Positions 42,270-51,006 of a DNA stretch of 64,000 bases are shown piece after piece (positions within the stretch are counted from its first letter, which is position 1; every line of letters starts with the position of its first letter). The notes below the pieces were generated by a model. The model ran no database searches. It was not told the origin of the DNA and saw only the letters and a program-made list of their open reading frames with translations. Source of the DNA: Bacteroidota bacterium (GTDB lineage: Bacteria > Bacteroidota > Bacteroidia > UKL13-3); NCBI GenBank assembly GCA_027487835.1, contig JAIYCU010000028.1, positions 22,930 to 86,929 on the forward strand, written 5' to 3'. The position numbers and the translations under genes are program-made.

Positions 42270-42401
42270 TCTGGAGATACCTTTACACTTCTTCCATTTT
42301 TTTGTTTCTGGATAGACTCATATTTCACTCCAAAGCTTTTTACAAAGCCTATTAAAGTTTTGCCAGTTTGTTGGTTTTCTTAATGATTTTGAAATTTCCA
42401 T
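42270..42401 (-). pseudogene. 5' remnant of a restriction-endonuclease-domain gene
   Basis: MEISKSLRKPTNWQNFNRLCKKLWSEI*VYPETK then, after a frameshift, KNGRS; resembles the P.NWQDFE.LC..LW...W......NGR.GQ N-terminal REase motif. Confidence 0.65.
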
Positions 42402-42430
42402 TATTAAATGCGAGGTGTCCCTAAAGGTTA

Positions 42431-42567
42431 TAGCTTAACAATTCGGAGGTTTGCGATGGCGGGGATTATTAGCACTAAACTTCATTCGGAGAACTGAATT
42501 TCCACCTTGCACAAAAGTGTCTGCGATGCACGGAACCCCGCCTATTGCAAATGTGCTGCTACAAGTT
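42431..42567 (-). other. attC-like imperfect hairpin 1
   Basis: Arms tttgcgatggcgggg / ccccgcctattgcaaa with one unpaired base; outer boxes agcttaac and gctacaagtt; the loop is visibly homologous to that of 45067..45204. Confidence 0.65.
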
Positions 42568-42604
42568 GGGCTTTTGTCTGTCTGAATATATGTTGTTTCA
42601 AATG

Positions 42605-44995
42605 TCATAATTGAACTTCAATTAAGTTAAGAGTGTCTTGTATTAGGTTGTCCAATTCAGGTTCAGTAATAGTATTAGGGTTAATACCTAACATTGTGTA
42701 ATCTGGAGTTGGGTCACCATGATGTGGTTTCCAGGAAACTCCATTAATTAAATGAAGTGTAGATATTATTGTTGTCCTGTTTGCATTGTCCCTAAATACA
42801 ACTGGCAATGTATCTAAAAATGTAATTAATCTTCCAAATGTTTGTATTCCTGTCATAGTTCGAACTTCCTTGTAGAATTTGAACCGTAAATGTGCTTCAA
42901 GAACATTTCTCAACCAACCTAAAACAGTGTCTTTAATTGCATGGTTTGGGTTACTTCTAAAAGCCTCCAATGCTTCAATATGTTTAAAGTATTCAATTTT
43001 TACCAATTCTTCTAAATCACATAGTTCAAGTTTAGATGCTTTGGCTACGAAATCTTCCTTTATACGAAGTGTGCATTTTAAGGTTGCTCCAATGTCTTTG
43101 CCTATTTCATGAAGAAAATATTCATTGTGGCTTAAAACAACCACCTGCTTTAGTTGTTGAAATAATGTTCTAATAATTCCAATTGTATAGGTTCTTCTAT
43201 TAGTATCTAAACTTGATAAAGGGTCATCAAAAATTAAAATTTTATCTTGGCGGTTTGGATCAATGTCAAGTTTGGATAAAAAGAACGCTAAAGCAATTGT
43301 GCTTTTATCTCCCTCGCTCAAACATTCCTTGGCATTAAATGGTTGATTTGGGACAAATGATATGTCCTTGCCGTCTATTGTCAATTTGTAAGCGATTTTG
43401 CTTTGTGTTGCTCTTCCTGCTGGAGCAACATGAACAACATCCTCTATTCTAAAAAGTGTCTTGAAAACATTGCCCAAATAATGGTTGATACGTGTCTGGT
43501 AGCTATTGAAAAAAGTTGCTGCTGTGGTTTGCTGTTGTTGCGATAAAGCTGTGTATGCTGTTTCTAAACCTCTAAGTGTTTGTTTCTCGGCAGACAATTG
43601 AGTGCAAAGCGTAACAATGGGAGTTTCATATCTCTTTTTAATTCTTTTTAGTCTATCAACCGCAAGCTGTGCATTTGCAGCAGTCTGAATACCTGCACGA
43701 AAAGTTGTAATTGCAGCATTGTAAGTTGTAATGCTTTGATTGTAGCTTTCAATGTTTGTGTTAATGGTCTGTCCAGAAGACAGAAAAACAGTAGCGGTGG
43801 CGGTAGCCACCGCTACTGTAGGATTTTGTATTTTTTGTTGGAGTGAATCAATTAACCTTTGAAACTCTGCTCTTAAAACAGTTTCGTCCGCAATGATGTT
43901 AAAAATTGGTGGATGAACTGTATTTGGCAAGTGCGTAGCCCATAACGTTACTCTCCCTGTATTTGTCTGATTGATATTGTTTATCGCTTGTATGGCAGCG
44001 TCCAAATTGAAGTTTTGAAGCGAAGTCAAATGTGATTGTAGTCGTAGAACTAAAGCGTTAAAGTCAGCATTAAATTTAGTGATATAGGCGTTTAGAATTT
44101 CAACATTGCCATCAATAGTCTGCATACAAAATGGACAAGAAATTGTGGGTTCATTTGCTGCTTGTTTTCTCTCCACATATGCAAATCCTCTTTGCAGCCA
44201 ATTTTCAGGTCCGTCAAGTCCGTTGTCTGTCAAGTCTTGACAATGATTTGAAAACAAAGTTTCCAAAGCTGCATTTTGAATTGCTTGTGATGTTGTCTGT
44301 AAGTCTGTGATAAGAGAAGTGAAATCAATACCCGATATTATTCGGGTGAGAGCAGTAAGTTGTTGTAATGTTTGAATTATTGTGTTTGCATTCGCACTCG
44401 CTAATGCAGCCTCCGCCGCTGTAATTTGTTGGTCAATTCCGCTAGATTGTGTTACAGGAATAGCAAGAAATGAAGTAATTAAGTCAGCGGTCAAACTGTT
44501 TCCCACTTGCTGAATTAATTGTTGTTCAATATTTGTTATTGATTGTTTTGATATGACTTTAGCAGCTTTGTTTTGTTCAATTTGATTTTGAATTGCAATT
44601 CCTTGTGCACCGATAACAAATTGATGAAGTTGCTTTTTATGTTCATCATTAAAGTCAAACCCTGAATAGATATTGTCGTTGACAAAATGAATGTCAAAAA
44701 TCTCAATATTATCAAAAGGAGTTGTCCAACCAGCAGCCCTTAAGGTGTGAAATGTATTCGGTGTCCCTGTTTGAGTTATTTGTGCTGCTTGTGCTGCTAT
44801 ATGGTTTGTAGAAATTCTACTTCTAACGATTTCAGGTTTGTTGGTTGTCAAGGAACGAAACACTGAAGTTAGTGTGGTTTTACCACCTCCATTGTTGCCA
44901 TAAATTAAGGTCAGCTTTTGAAAATTAATCTGTCCAGCAGCAGTGTAGTTGCGGAATTTTCCAATGGAAGTAAGTCGTTCAACTTTGTTTATCAT
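42605..44995 (-). CDS. RloC-like ABC/SMC-type ATPase (AAA_13) with zinc hook and C-terminal HEPN-like domain
   Basis: YGNNGGGKTT Walker A; CPFC hook within a long coiled coil; LSEGDK signature; FDDPLSSLD; LSH; RNVLE...PHH tail. Confidence 0.85.
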   Translation of the reverse strand: MINKVERLTSIGKFRNYTAAGQINFQKLTLIYGNNGGGKTTLTSVFRSLTTNKPEIVRSRISTNHIAAQAAQITQTGTPNTFHTLRAAGWTTPFDNIEIFDIHFVNDNIYSGFDFNDEHKKQLHQFVIGAQGIAIQNQIEQNKAAKVISKQSITNIEQQLIQQVGNSLTADLITSFLAIPVTQSSGIDQQITAAEAALASANANTIIQTLQQLTALTRIISGIDFTSLITDLQTTSQAIQNAALETLFSNHCQDLTDNGLDGPENWLQRGFAYVERKQAANEPTISCPFCMQTIDGNVEILNAYITKFNADFNALVLRLQSHLTSLQNFNLDAAIQAINNINQTNTGRVTLWATHLPNTVHPPIFNIIADETVLRAEFQRLIDSLQQKIQNPTVAVATATATVFLSSGQTINTNIESYNQSITTYNAAITTFRAGIQTAANAQLAVDRLKRIKKRYETPIVTLCTQLSAEKQTLRGLETAYTALSQQQQTTAATFFNSYQTRINHYLGNVFKTLFRIEDVVHVAPAGRATQSKIAYKLTIDGKDISFVPNQPFNAKECLSEGDKSTIALAFFLSKLDIDPNRQDKILIFDDPLSSLDTNRRTYTIGIIRTLFQQLKQVVVLSHNEYFLHEIGKDIGATLKCTLRIKEDFVAKASKLELCDLEELVKIEYFKHIEALEAFRSNPNHAIKDTVLGWLRNVLEAHLRFKFYKEVRTMTGIQTFGRLITFLDTLPVVFRDNANRTTIISTLHLINGVSWKPHHGDPTPDYTMLGINPNTITEPELDNLIQDTLNLIEVQL

Positions 44996-45066
44996 GCTTG
45001 AAAGGTGTTCTTGTCAATTGTTTGTATTATGCAGTCAGCTTCATGTTAGCACGGTCGTCATAGCCT

Positions 45067-45204
45067 TGCTGGTAAAGTTTTCGGGCTTGGCGAAGGTGGC
45101 GATTTTCACCACAAATGTTGATGCGGAGAACCAAACTTTGATTAACCTCAAATGTGTCTGTGAAGCACTGAACCGCCACTTTTGCCAAACCCGTGTTATG
45201 TGCA
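45067..45204 (-). other. attC-like imperfect hairpin 2
   Basis: 20-bp arms cgggcttggcgaaggtggcg / cgccacttttgccaaacccg (3 mismatches); outer boxes tgctggtaaa and gttatgtgca; starts 8 nt after the SIR2 stop. Confidence 0.7.
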
Positions 45205-45211
45205 GTATTTT

Positions 45212-46393
45212 TCACTTTATAAATTCAGATTTTTCAAGATTTGGATAAGTCTCAATGAATTCCTCAAACGTGCCTTTAAAGGTTTCAAGTTGACCAATTT
45301 GCTTTTGGGAGAAAATTTGATTTACTTTTTCCCAATGAGCATCTGATGATGTTGGGTCTACTACTTTGATTATAGGTTTATTTCTATTCCAATTTAAAGC
45401 ATGTTGTAATAAATTTAAAAATGCTAGGTCTGATTGAGGAAATGAATATCCGATTATAATAATTTCTTGTGCTTCAATTAGTGATTTGAATGTTCCATCC
45501 CAAAGTTCTTTAGCTGTAGAATTTTCGTTCTTACCTAAAATTGGGGCAACTAAATCATGTTCAAGTTTTGCTCCACAAATGCCACATTTAAATCGGTCAA
45601 ATAAATTTCTTATTTCTTCTGTACTATGTTTGTCATCGTAATACATTGAGTAACTATTCACAATTTTGTAGTTATGGATAGTCTTACAGTTTGGACATTT
45701 AAACCAATCAAACGACCCATGTAATTTAATCAATTCATGGTGTTTACTGTAAGTCCATTTATATTGTTCATTACGGATTAAATGAGCTCCGTCACTAAAT
45801 GTATAGATTGGTACTATATAATGTGGCACAACATTAAAATTGCTTTCTACGCCAACTACACCCCAGATGTGGTCAAAATATTCGTCATCAAGTTTACAGT
45901 CATAGTTAAATGATATAGTACTTAATACCGGTATGTTATTGTCGTTAATTGTTTTGAACCATAGTCTATCAAAGAAATTTTTGTATAATTCTTTTGAGTT
46001 GTCTAAAAAAATTGTGTTATCAATGAATTTAGAAGTTTTGTTGTCAATGGCAGAAAAGATAATTTTTGTAAGCGTTTTAAATACTTTAGTTAAAGTGTCT
46101 TGGTTCAGAAGATAATTGTCAACATGAATTATAGAATTGTTTCGTATAAAATAATCAAGTTGTCCCAAGAGATTTTCATAATCAATCCACTCTTTTTCCA
46201 AGTCTTTTCCTTGCAATTCCAAAACAATTGATTTTACTATTGTAAATACTTCCTTAAAATGACTTGATTTACATTCCTTGATAAATTCAATTATAGATGT
46301 TGGAAGCTGATTAAGAGTTGGAATTCCATAAGCAAAAGAAGCTCCTGCCCCGAAGACACAAGCTGTTCTCTTTATATTTTTATGGTCTGTCAT
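45212..46393 (-). CDS. SIR2-like protein with zinc ribbon (candidate defence NADase)
   Basis: FGAGAS, SFNYD, KLHGS, CPNC...CGIC and IGYSF...D motifs. Confidence 0.88.
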   Translation of the reverse strand: MTDHKNIKRTACVFGAGASFAYGIPTLNQLPTSIIEFIKECKSSHFKEVFTIVKSIVLELQGKDLEKEWIDYENLLGQLDYFIRNNSIIHVDNYLLNQDTLTKVFKTLTKIIFSAIDNKTSKFIDNTIFLDNSKELYKNFFDRLWFKTINDNNIPVLSTISFNYDCKLDDEYFDHIWGVVGVESNFNVVPHYIVPIYTFSDGAHLIRNEQYKWTYSKHHELIKLHGSFDWFKCPNCKTIHNYKIVNSYSMYYDDKHSTEEIRNLFDRFKCGICGAKLEHDLVAPILGKNENSTAKELWDGTFKSLIEAQEIIIIGYSFPQSDLAFLNLLQHALNWNRNKPIIKVVDPTSSDAHWEKVNQIFSQKQIGQLETFKGTFEEFIETYPNLEKSEFIK

Positions 46394-46399
46394 TTAATA

Positions 46400-46497
46400 T
46401 TGCAAATAACTTGATTATAAACGCACTAATGCACCCAATATCAAACAAACATACCCAATCCTTTTTAATCAAAAAATACCCAAAAGTGGGTATATTT
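46400..46497 (-). repeat. Copy E of the dispersed element (best-preserved promoter, operator and core)
   Basis: ttgcaaataac core; caaacata (TATGTTTG on the minus strand); atacccaaaagtgggtat palindrome. Confidence 0.85.
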
Positions 46498-46510
46498 AAA
46501 ATAGTCTATT

Positions 46511-47002
46511 TTAAGATTCCTTATTTATAATCTCTGAGTAATTGCTGTTAGCAAGAGCTAACTTTTTTGATTTAACTAAATTTTTTAGGTCTTTGAGGGA
46601 ATAGCCAGATGTTTTTTGGAAATGAGGTAAATCCGTAAATTTCCAATCACCTCCCCACTCCCATCCATACCTTTTACAAATGGTTACTACTTCAAACCAA
46701 TCCGCTCTTCCATCTTTATCAAAATCTACATTGGTTTCCCAACTAGCATTATCAAATTTACTATTGCCTTTATTATCAACTAATAAAACGATATCAAATG
46801 CTAATCCGTAATTATGATAACTCTGGACGCTTTTAGCATTTGTAACTTTTTTGCCTGGCTTGGTTCTGCCAATCGCATACAGCTCATCTTGTTCTTTAAA
46901 CGTTCTTAAGGCGTATGAAAATCTACAAATGGCTCTTCCAGGTAAAGCTTGGTAAATTTCACTATACATTTCAATTACTTCTTTTCTAAGCAATGGGTGC
47001 AT
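46511..47002 (-). CDS. M15-family peptidoglycan peptidase (L-Ala-D-Glu type, endolysin-like)
   Basis: RTFKEQDELYA.GRT.PG..VTNA, SYHNYGLAFD, WGGDW...D.PHFQ; the frame extends 12 codons upstream to ATT at 47038. Confidence 0.88.
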   Translation of the reverse strand: MHPLLRKEVIEMYSEIYQALPGRAICRFSYALRTFKEQDELYAIGRTKPGKKVTNAKSVQSYHNYGLAFDIVLLVDNKGNSKFDNASWETNVDFDKDGRADWFEVVTICKRYGWEWGGDWKFTDLPHFQKTSGYSLKDLKNLVKSKKLALANSNYSEIINKES

Positions 47003-47092
47003 TAATTTAATGCGTTCTAAGGTAATTTTATCCTTAATGGCTGATAATAGGTTTAATGGTTTTACAATTTATATTTTCATTTTTTAGATTTC

Positions 47093-47136
47093 CAAAAAAT
47101 AGCACTGCACAAAATTTTGTGCAGTGCTATTTTTTG
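47093..47136. repeat. Perfect 44-bp palindrome
   Basis: caaaaaatagcactgcacaaaa|ttttgtgcagtgctattttttg, no mismatch, no spacer. Confidence 0.95.
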
Positions 47137-47183
47137 TTTTCAAGAATTTTTGTTAAATAATGTAGGCTTAAATTTTTTAAAAC

Positions 47184-47918
47184 ATGAAAGTATTAAAAGA
47201 TGGTGCCATGACGCGCCAAGCAGCAAACTTCTATTCCCTTATTGAGATGGCTACCAATTTGGGCACAGAATTTAAACCTATTAAAGAGCAATTGAAACTC
47301 GACAAGTTAAATGCTCTACACAGCAATGTGATTAAAGCCATTGATGATTGGACGCAAGCGGAGAACGCCTTACAACGGGCTACTTCTTTAAGAAAAGACA
47401 CATTTGACAAACTCAATTCCTTTGTTACTTTAATCCATCGAGAGGTTAAAATAGCAGGTATTGATGGCGAGGTAAAGGGGGACATCGAATTAACCCTAAA
47501 GCAGATTCGTGGCAATAAAAGAGTAACTAAAAGTAAAGAAGATAAGCCAATTGAAAACAGCGCTGTTGCCAAAACAAGTTACAAAAATGCTTCTATGGAA
47601 AAGAAGCTAGATATATTTGCCAAACTAGTTGACATTTTAAGTGTTACACCAGAGTATGATAGCAGCTATGCAGATTTAAAAGTGCAGGCCTTAAAAGACA
47701 AGGTAGTTGAATTAAACACTTTACAACAAAATTATCTTTCCGCAATACTAACTCTTCAAGATGCCCGCTCCAAACGTGATATAATTTTAGACGACCCTGC
47801 CACTGGCATGATTAGGGTAGGTCAACTTTTAAAAGAATTTCTCAGAATTTACTACAAAGATTCCAAGACCCAACTCAAAACCATTAGTGCTATTAAGTTG
47901 ACCAAACGTACAAATTAA
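47184..47918 (+). CDS. Conserved Bacteroidota all-helical hypothetical protein
   Basis: 244 aa; ANF..LI, KQIRG, F.KLV..L....Y......LKV..L, AR..RD..L....TG pattern of a family of unknown function. Confidence 0.75.
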   Translation: MKVLKDGAMTRQAANFYSLIEMATNLGTEFKPIKEQLKLDKLNALHSNVIKAIDDWTQAENALQRATSLRKDTFDKLNSFVTLIHREVKIAGIDGEVKGDIELTLKQIRGNKRVTKSKEDKPIENSAVAKTSYKNASMEKKLDIFAKLVDILSVTPEYDSSYADLKVQALKDKVVELNTLQQNYLSAILTLQDARSKRDIILDDPATGMIRVGQLLKEFLRIYYKDSKTQLKTISAIKLTKRTN

Positions 47919-47942
47919 TTAGTTCTAACATTTTATTATAGT

Positions 47943-47987
47943 AGGGATAAGTGGGAAAATAATGGCTTCCTACTTATCCCTTTTTTT
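47943..47987 (+). terminator. Intrinsic terminator
   Basis: agggataagtgggaa / ttcctacttatccct stem (one G-U) followed by a T-run. Confidence 0.85.
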
Positions 47988-47995
47988 GGCACGAT

Positions 47996-48268
47996 CCCAA
48001 AAAGTGTTTTGATAATCTGATAAATGTTTTAACTTCCCCGACAAATATTATGGCCTATCCGACAAAGGTTTTGACCTCCCCGTTAAGTGCTTTTGCCTCC
48101 CTGACAAATGTTTTTACTTGCCCGACAAATGTTTTGACCTCCCCGATAAGTGCTTTTGCCTCCCCGACAAATGTTTTTACTCGCCCGATAAATACTTTTG
48201 CCTCCCCGACAAATGTTTTTACTCGCCCGACAAATGTTTTGACCTCCCCGACAAAAGTTTTTGCCTCC
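47996..48268. repeat. 21-bp tandem repeat, 13 units
   Basis: Consensus ccgacaaatgtttt(t/g)(a/g)cctcc with no indels across the 13 units. Confidence 0.95.
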
Positions 48269-48514
48269 CCGTTACTTCTGAAAACCTTGACTAAGTATCC
48301 AAATTCCAATGCATCAGTAAATCCGTTTTATCTGATAAACATATTTTTCATGCGCCACTTGAATGAGGCCATAAACAATATTTCTATAAAAAAACAAATA
48401 CAAGACCATAATTAATATGACTTAATCCTATAAGTAGGATTTACCTTTATCAATAGGTAGATTTTTCTTTTATAGTATCTCTTAAGTATTTACGATTGTA
48501 TAAAAAATTAAACC

Positions 48515-49189
48515 ATGGTAAATACATTAAAACCAAACGAGAAAAAATACTTGTTGATTCATGCAAAATTTGAATCGCTAAAAACTACTGAAGAAGGATT
48601 ACACAACATTCAATGGGAGTGTTTGTATAAGGGTTTATTGGCAGAAGAAATATTAATTCAATATGAGCAACTTAAAAACAAATACGATATAATTATTATT
48701 GATAGGTATTTACCTGTTATGGATACGCTAAATTTTTTAATTAAATATAGAGAGCTAGATCCCATAACACCAGTACTGGTTATAGCGCATGGATTTAATT
48801 TTGAAGACTACCATCAAATTAAATTAATGTCAAACACTTACTATGGACCAAAAGAAATATCTATGCTAAAACTTAGTCTTCAAAATTTTCATAAAAATGA
48901 AATCTTAGACCTAGAGCACTCCCTTATAAAACATTGGGTAGAATTAACAAACACCTATTCGCTAGTGACTTTTGAGGGGGCAATTGAAAAAATTAAAATA
49001 ACAACTTTCGAACAAAACTTATTGAATTTAATTGGAAAAGGTTTAAGCAATAAAGAATTAGCTAAACAATTAAAGGCGAGTATGTCTCATGTTCATCATA
49101 CAAAAAGCAAACTCACCAAAACATTTGGCCTATCACATAACCGCTTGCTACTTGCCTATGGTGTTATTTATAATTACATTGAAATTTAA
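48515..49189 (+). CDS. Atypical response-regulator-like protein (degenerate receiver + LuxR HTH)
   Basis: DIIIIDRYLPVMD receiver-like segment; E.NLLNLIGKGLSNKELAKQL HTH. Confidence 0.65.
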   Translation: MVNTLKPNEKKYLLIHAKFESLKTTEEGLHNIQWECLYKGLLAEEILIQYEQLKNKYDIIIIDRYLPVMDTLNFLIKYRELDPITPVLVIAHGFNFEDYHQIKLMSNTYYGPKEISMLKLSLQNFHKNEILDLEHSLIKHWVELTNTYSLVTFEGAIEKIKITTFEQNLLNLIGKGLSNKELAKQLKASMSHVHHTKSKLTKTFGLSHNRLLLAYGVIYNYIEI

Positions 49190-49337
49190 AAAAACTTACA
49201 GATTCCAAATTCTCTGATAAAATCTTCCAGTAGCAATGAGCTACTAATTAATTTAAAGAAAGAGTCGATGCAATATTGACCTTTTTTTTGTGCATAGGAG
49301 TGTATAGAAGCTCAGTGCCCTAAGACTTTACCAACCC

Positions 49338-50948
49338 TTAATACTTAATTACCTTCACCACCTTTGCCGCGGCAAAAGCATCTTGAACCTTGAGAAAGTA
49401 ACAACCATTGTGGAGGTGGTTTAAATCAATGGCATTGTCTTGGGCTGAAAGCAAACCCGCTGCCACCTTATTGCCATTGCTCTGAAACAATTCATAGGAA
49501 ATTTCTGTGGCAGGCCAATTTTCAAAGGTAAGTTGAACCTTGCCACTGGTAGGATTTGGATATAGGTTGAAGTTAGGCTGCACACCTTCTCCCTCGTTCC
49601 CAATTTTAGCCAGGTATTGTGCATACATATACCCACAATCCAAAGTTTTATTGCCCACTTCTATTTTAAAGTTAAAAGAACTGCTTACATACAAGTTGTT
49701 CCATTGGTCTTCGAATATCCATACCGCATATGGCACATTTGGAAAGAGATAAGAATCGATTTCTTTTCCATTTTGTGCTTCATAGCTTACCCGGCAAAGG
49801 CCATAATAGTGATGGTACTCTAGGCTAATGGAATCCCATATATCTGTTAGCCTACCATACACCACAGGGTTATCCTCTGAATTTGTCATAATCTTAGTCA
49901 TGTAAAATTCAGTGGTATCCCTTCTATATCTTGGGGTGGGTTTTATCCAGCTTACCTTTCCTTGGCTGTTTAATTTTGAAACAAAGTAAGCGTAGCTTGA
50001 AAAATTATACAGCAGACTGTCATTTAAGAAAGTTTCACCTTCTGAGGAGCCTAATAAATAGGCGTCTCCCTTTGTATCAAAACATAAATCATGCACATAA
50101 TTAAAATCTTTACCACTTAAAATACTGGTGTATTGAGATTGCCCATTTGCCTGCAATTTGAGGATAGAAAAATCTATGCCCCCTTTGGTAATAAAGGTAT
50201 CTCCCTCCCAAGTAAGTGCTTCTTGAAATTGCCCAAAGGCAAATAAATCGCCGGTAGGCGTAACTTTTATTTTAGGACAAAAAACCATCCCTTGCAAGGT
50301 GCGCACCCAAAGCAATTGGCCCTGTGTATTAAATTTTGAAATAAAAAATTTAGACCCACCTGTTTTAGCACCATACAAAACCGTATCCCCTATGGACAAA
50401 GGATACTCAAAAGAGCCGGCTAAATAGCAGTTAGAAGAATCATCCAATAAAACTTGATAGGCATAATTGCCGCTAGCACCCCCAATTGCTTTTGCCCATT
50501 GCGCTTTGCCATTGGCACTATATTTTGTTAGAAAAATATCTGTAGCGCCACCATTGGCAGTTAGGGTTATGTTATCAAAAGAAAGGGAATTGTAAAAAAA
50601 GCCAGTTATAAAAAGTTCTCCTTGTGCATTGGCGCAAATACCCTGACTTTGCAGCGCAGCGCCATAGCTGTTAGAGGAAGTTGCCGCCCACACCAATTGC
50701 CCTTTGGTATCATACTTTGCAGCAAAAACATTTTCTAGGCCATTTGAAGACAAGCTTACCCCATCAATCGTTTTCCAAAGCTGGTGGTAAACACCCCCAG
50801 CATAACTATTGCCGGCCTTATCTACATAAAAAGAACCTGATTGAGCACCCCAAGTTTGTTTTAGCCAACTGGTTTGTTGCGCTTTTACCACTTTTGAGGC
50901 AACAAAGGCAAGGTGCAAAAAAAACAAAAAATGAGCAGCTGTTTTCAT
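49338..50948 (-). CDS. T9SS-secreted beta-propeller (SBBP-like repeat) protein
   Basis: Repeats D..GN.Y..G.F...D.F..KY...G...W; LYPNPT...G.YFLKV...KVIK CTD. Confidence 0.85.
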   Translation of the reverse strand: MKTAAHFLFFLHLAFVASKVVKAQQTSWLKQTWGAQSGSFYVDKAGNSYAGGVYHQLWKTIDGVSLSSNGLENVFAAKYDTKGQLVWAATSSNSYGAALQSQGICANAQGELFITGFFYNSLSFDNITLTANGGATDIFLTKYSANGKAQWAKAIGGASGNYAYQVLLDDSSNCYLAGSFEYPLSIGDTVLYGAKTGGSKFFISKFNTQGQLLWVRTLQGMVFCPKIKVTPTGDLFAFGQFQEALTWEGDTFITKGGIDFSILKLQANGQSQYTSILSGKDFNYVHDLCFDTKGDAYLLGSSEGETFLNDSLLYNFSSYAYFVSKLNSQGKVSWIKPTPRYRRDTTEFYMTKIMTNSEDNPVVYGRLTDIWDSISLEYHHYYGLCRVSYEAQNGKEIDSYLFPNVPYAVWIFEDQWNNLYVSSSFNFKIEVGNKTLDCGYMYAQYLAKIGNEGEGVQPNFNLYPNPTSGKVQLTFENWPATEISYELFQSNGNKVAAGLLSAQDNAIDLNHLHNGCYFLKVQDAFAAAKVVKVIKY

Positions 50949-51006
50949 AACTATAACAGATGAATTATCTACTCAAGGATACGATAAATTTTTAAGAGAA
51001 ACTTTT

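Noticed and set aside
45027-45215. 62-aa ORF MKNTAHNTGLAKVAVQC...
   Set aside because: It is the translation of the attC-like hairpin and the following leader; better explained as non-coding structure.
42605-46393. Lamassu-type system (SIR2 effector + SMC ATPase)
   Set aside because: The genes are separated by an attC-like site, the ATPase has its own C-terminal HEPN-like domain as in RloC, and no LmuC-like gene lies between them.
46511-47002. Prophage
   Set aside because: The endolysin-like peptidase is the only phage-type gene; no integrase, structural or replication genes are present.
47996-48268. CRISPR array
   Set aside because: Units are directly adjacent 21-mers with no unique spacers, and there are no cas genes in the window.
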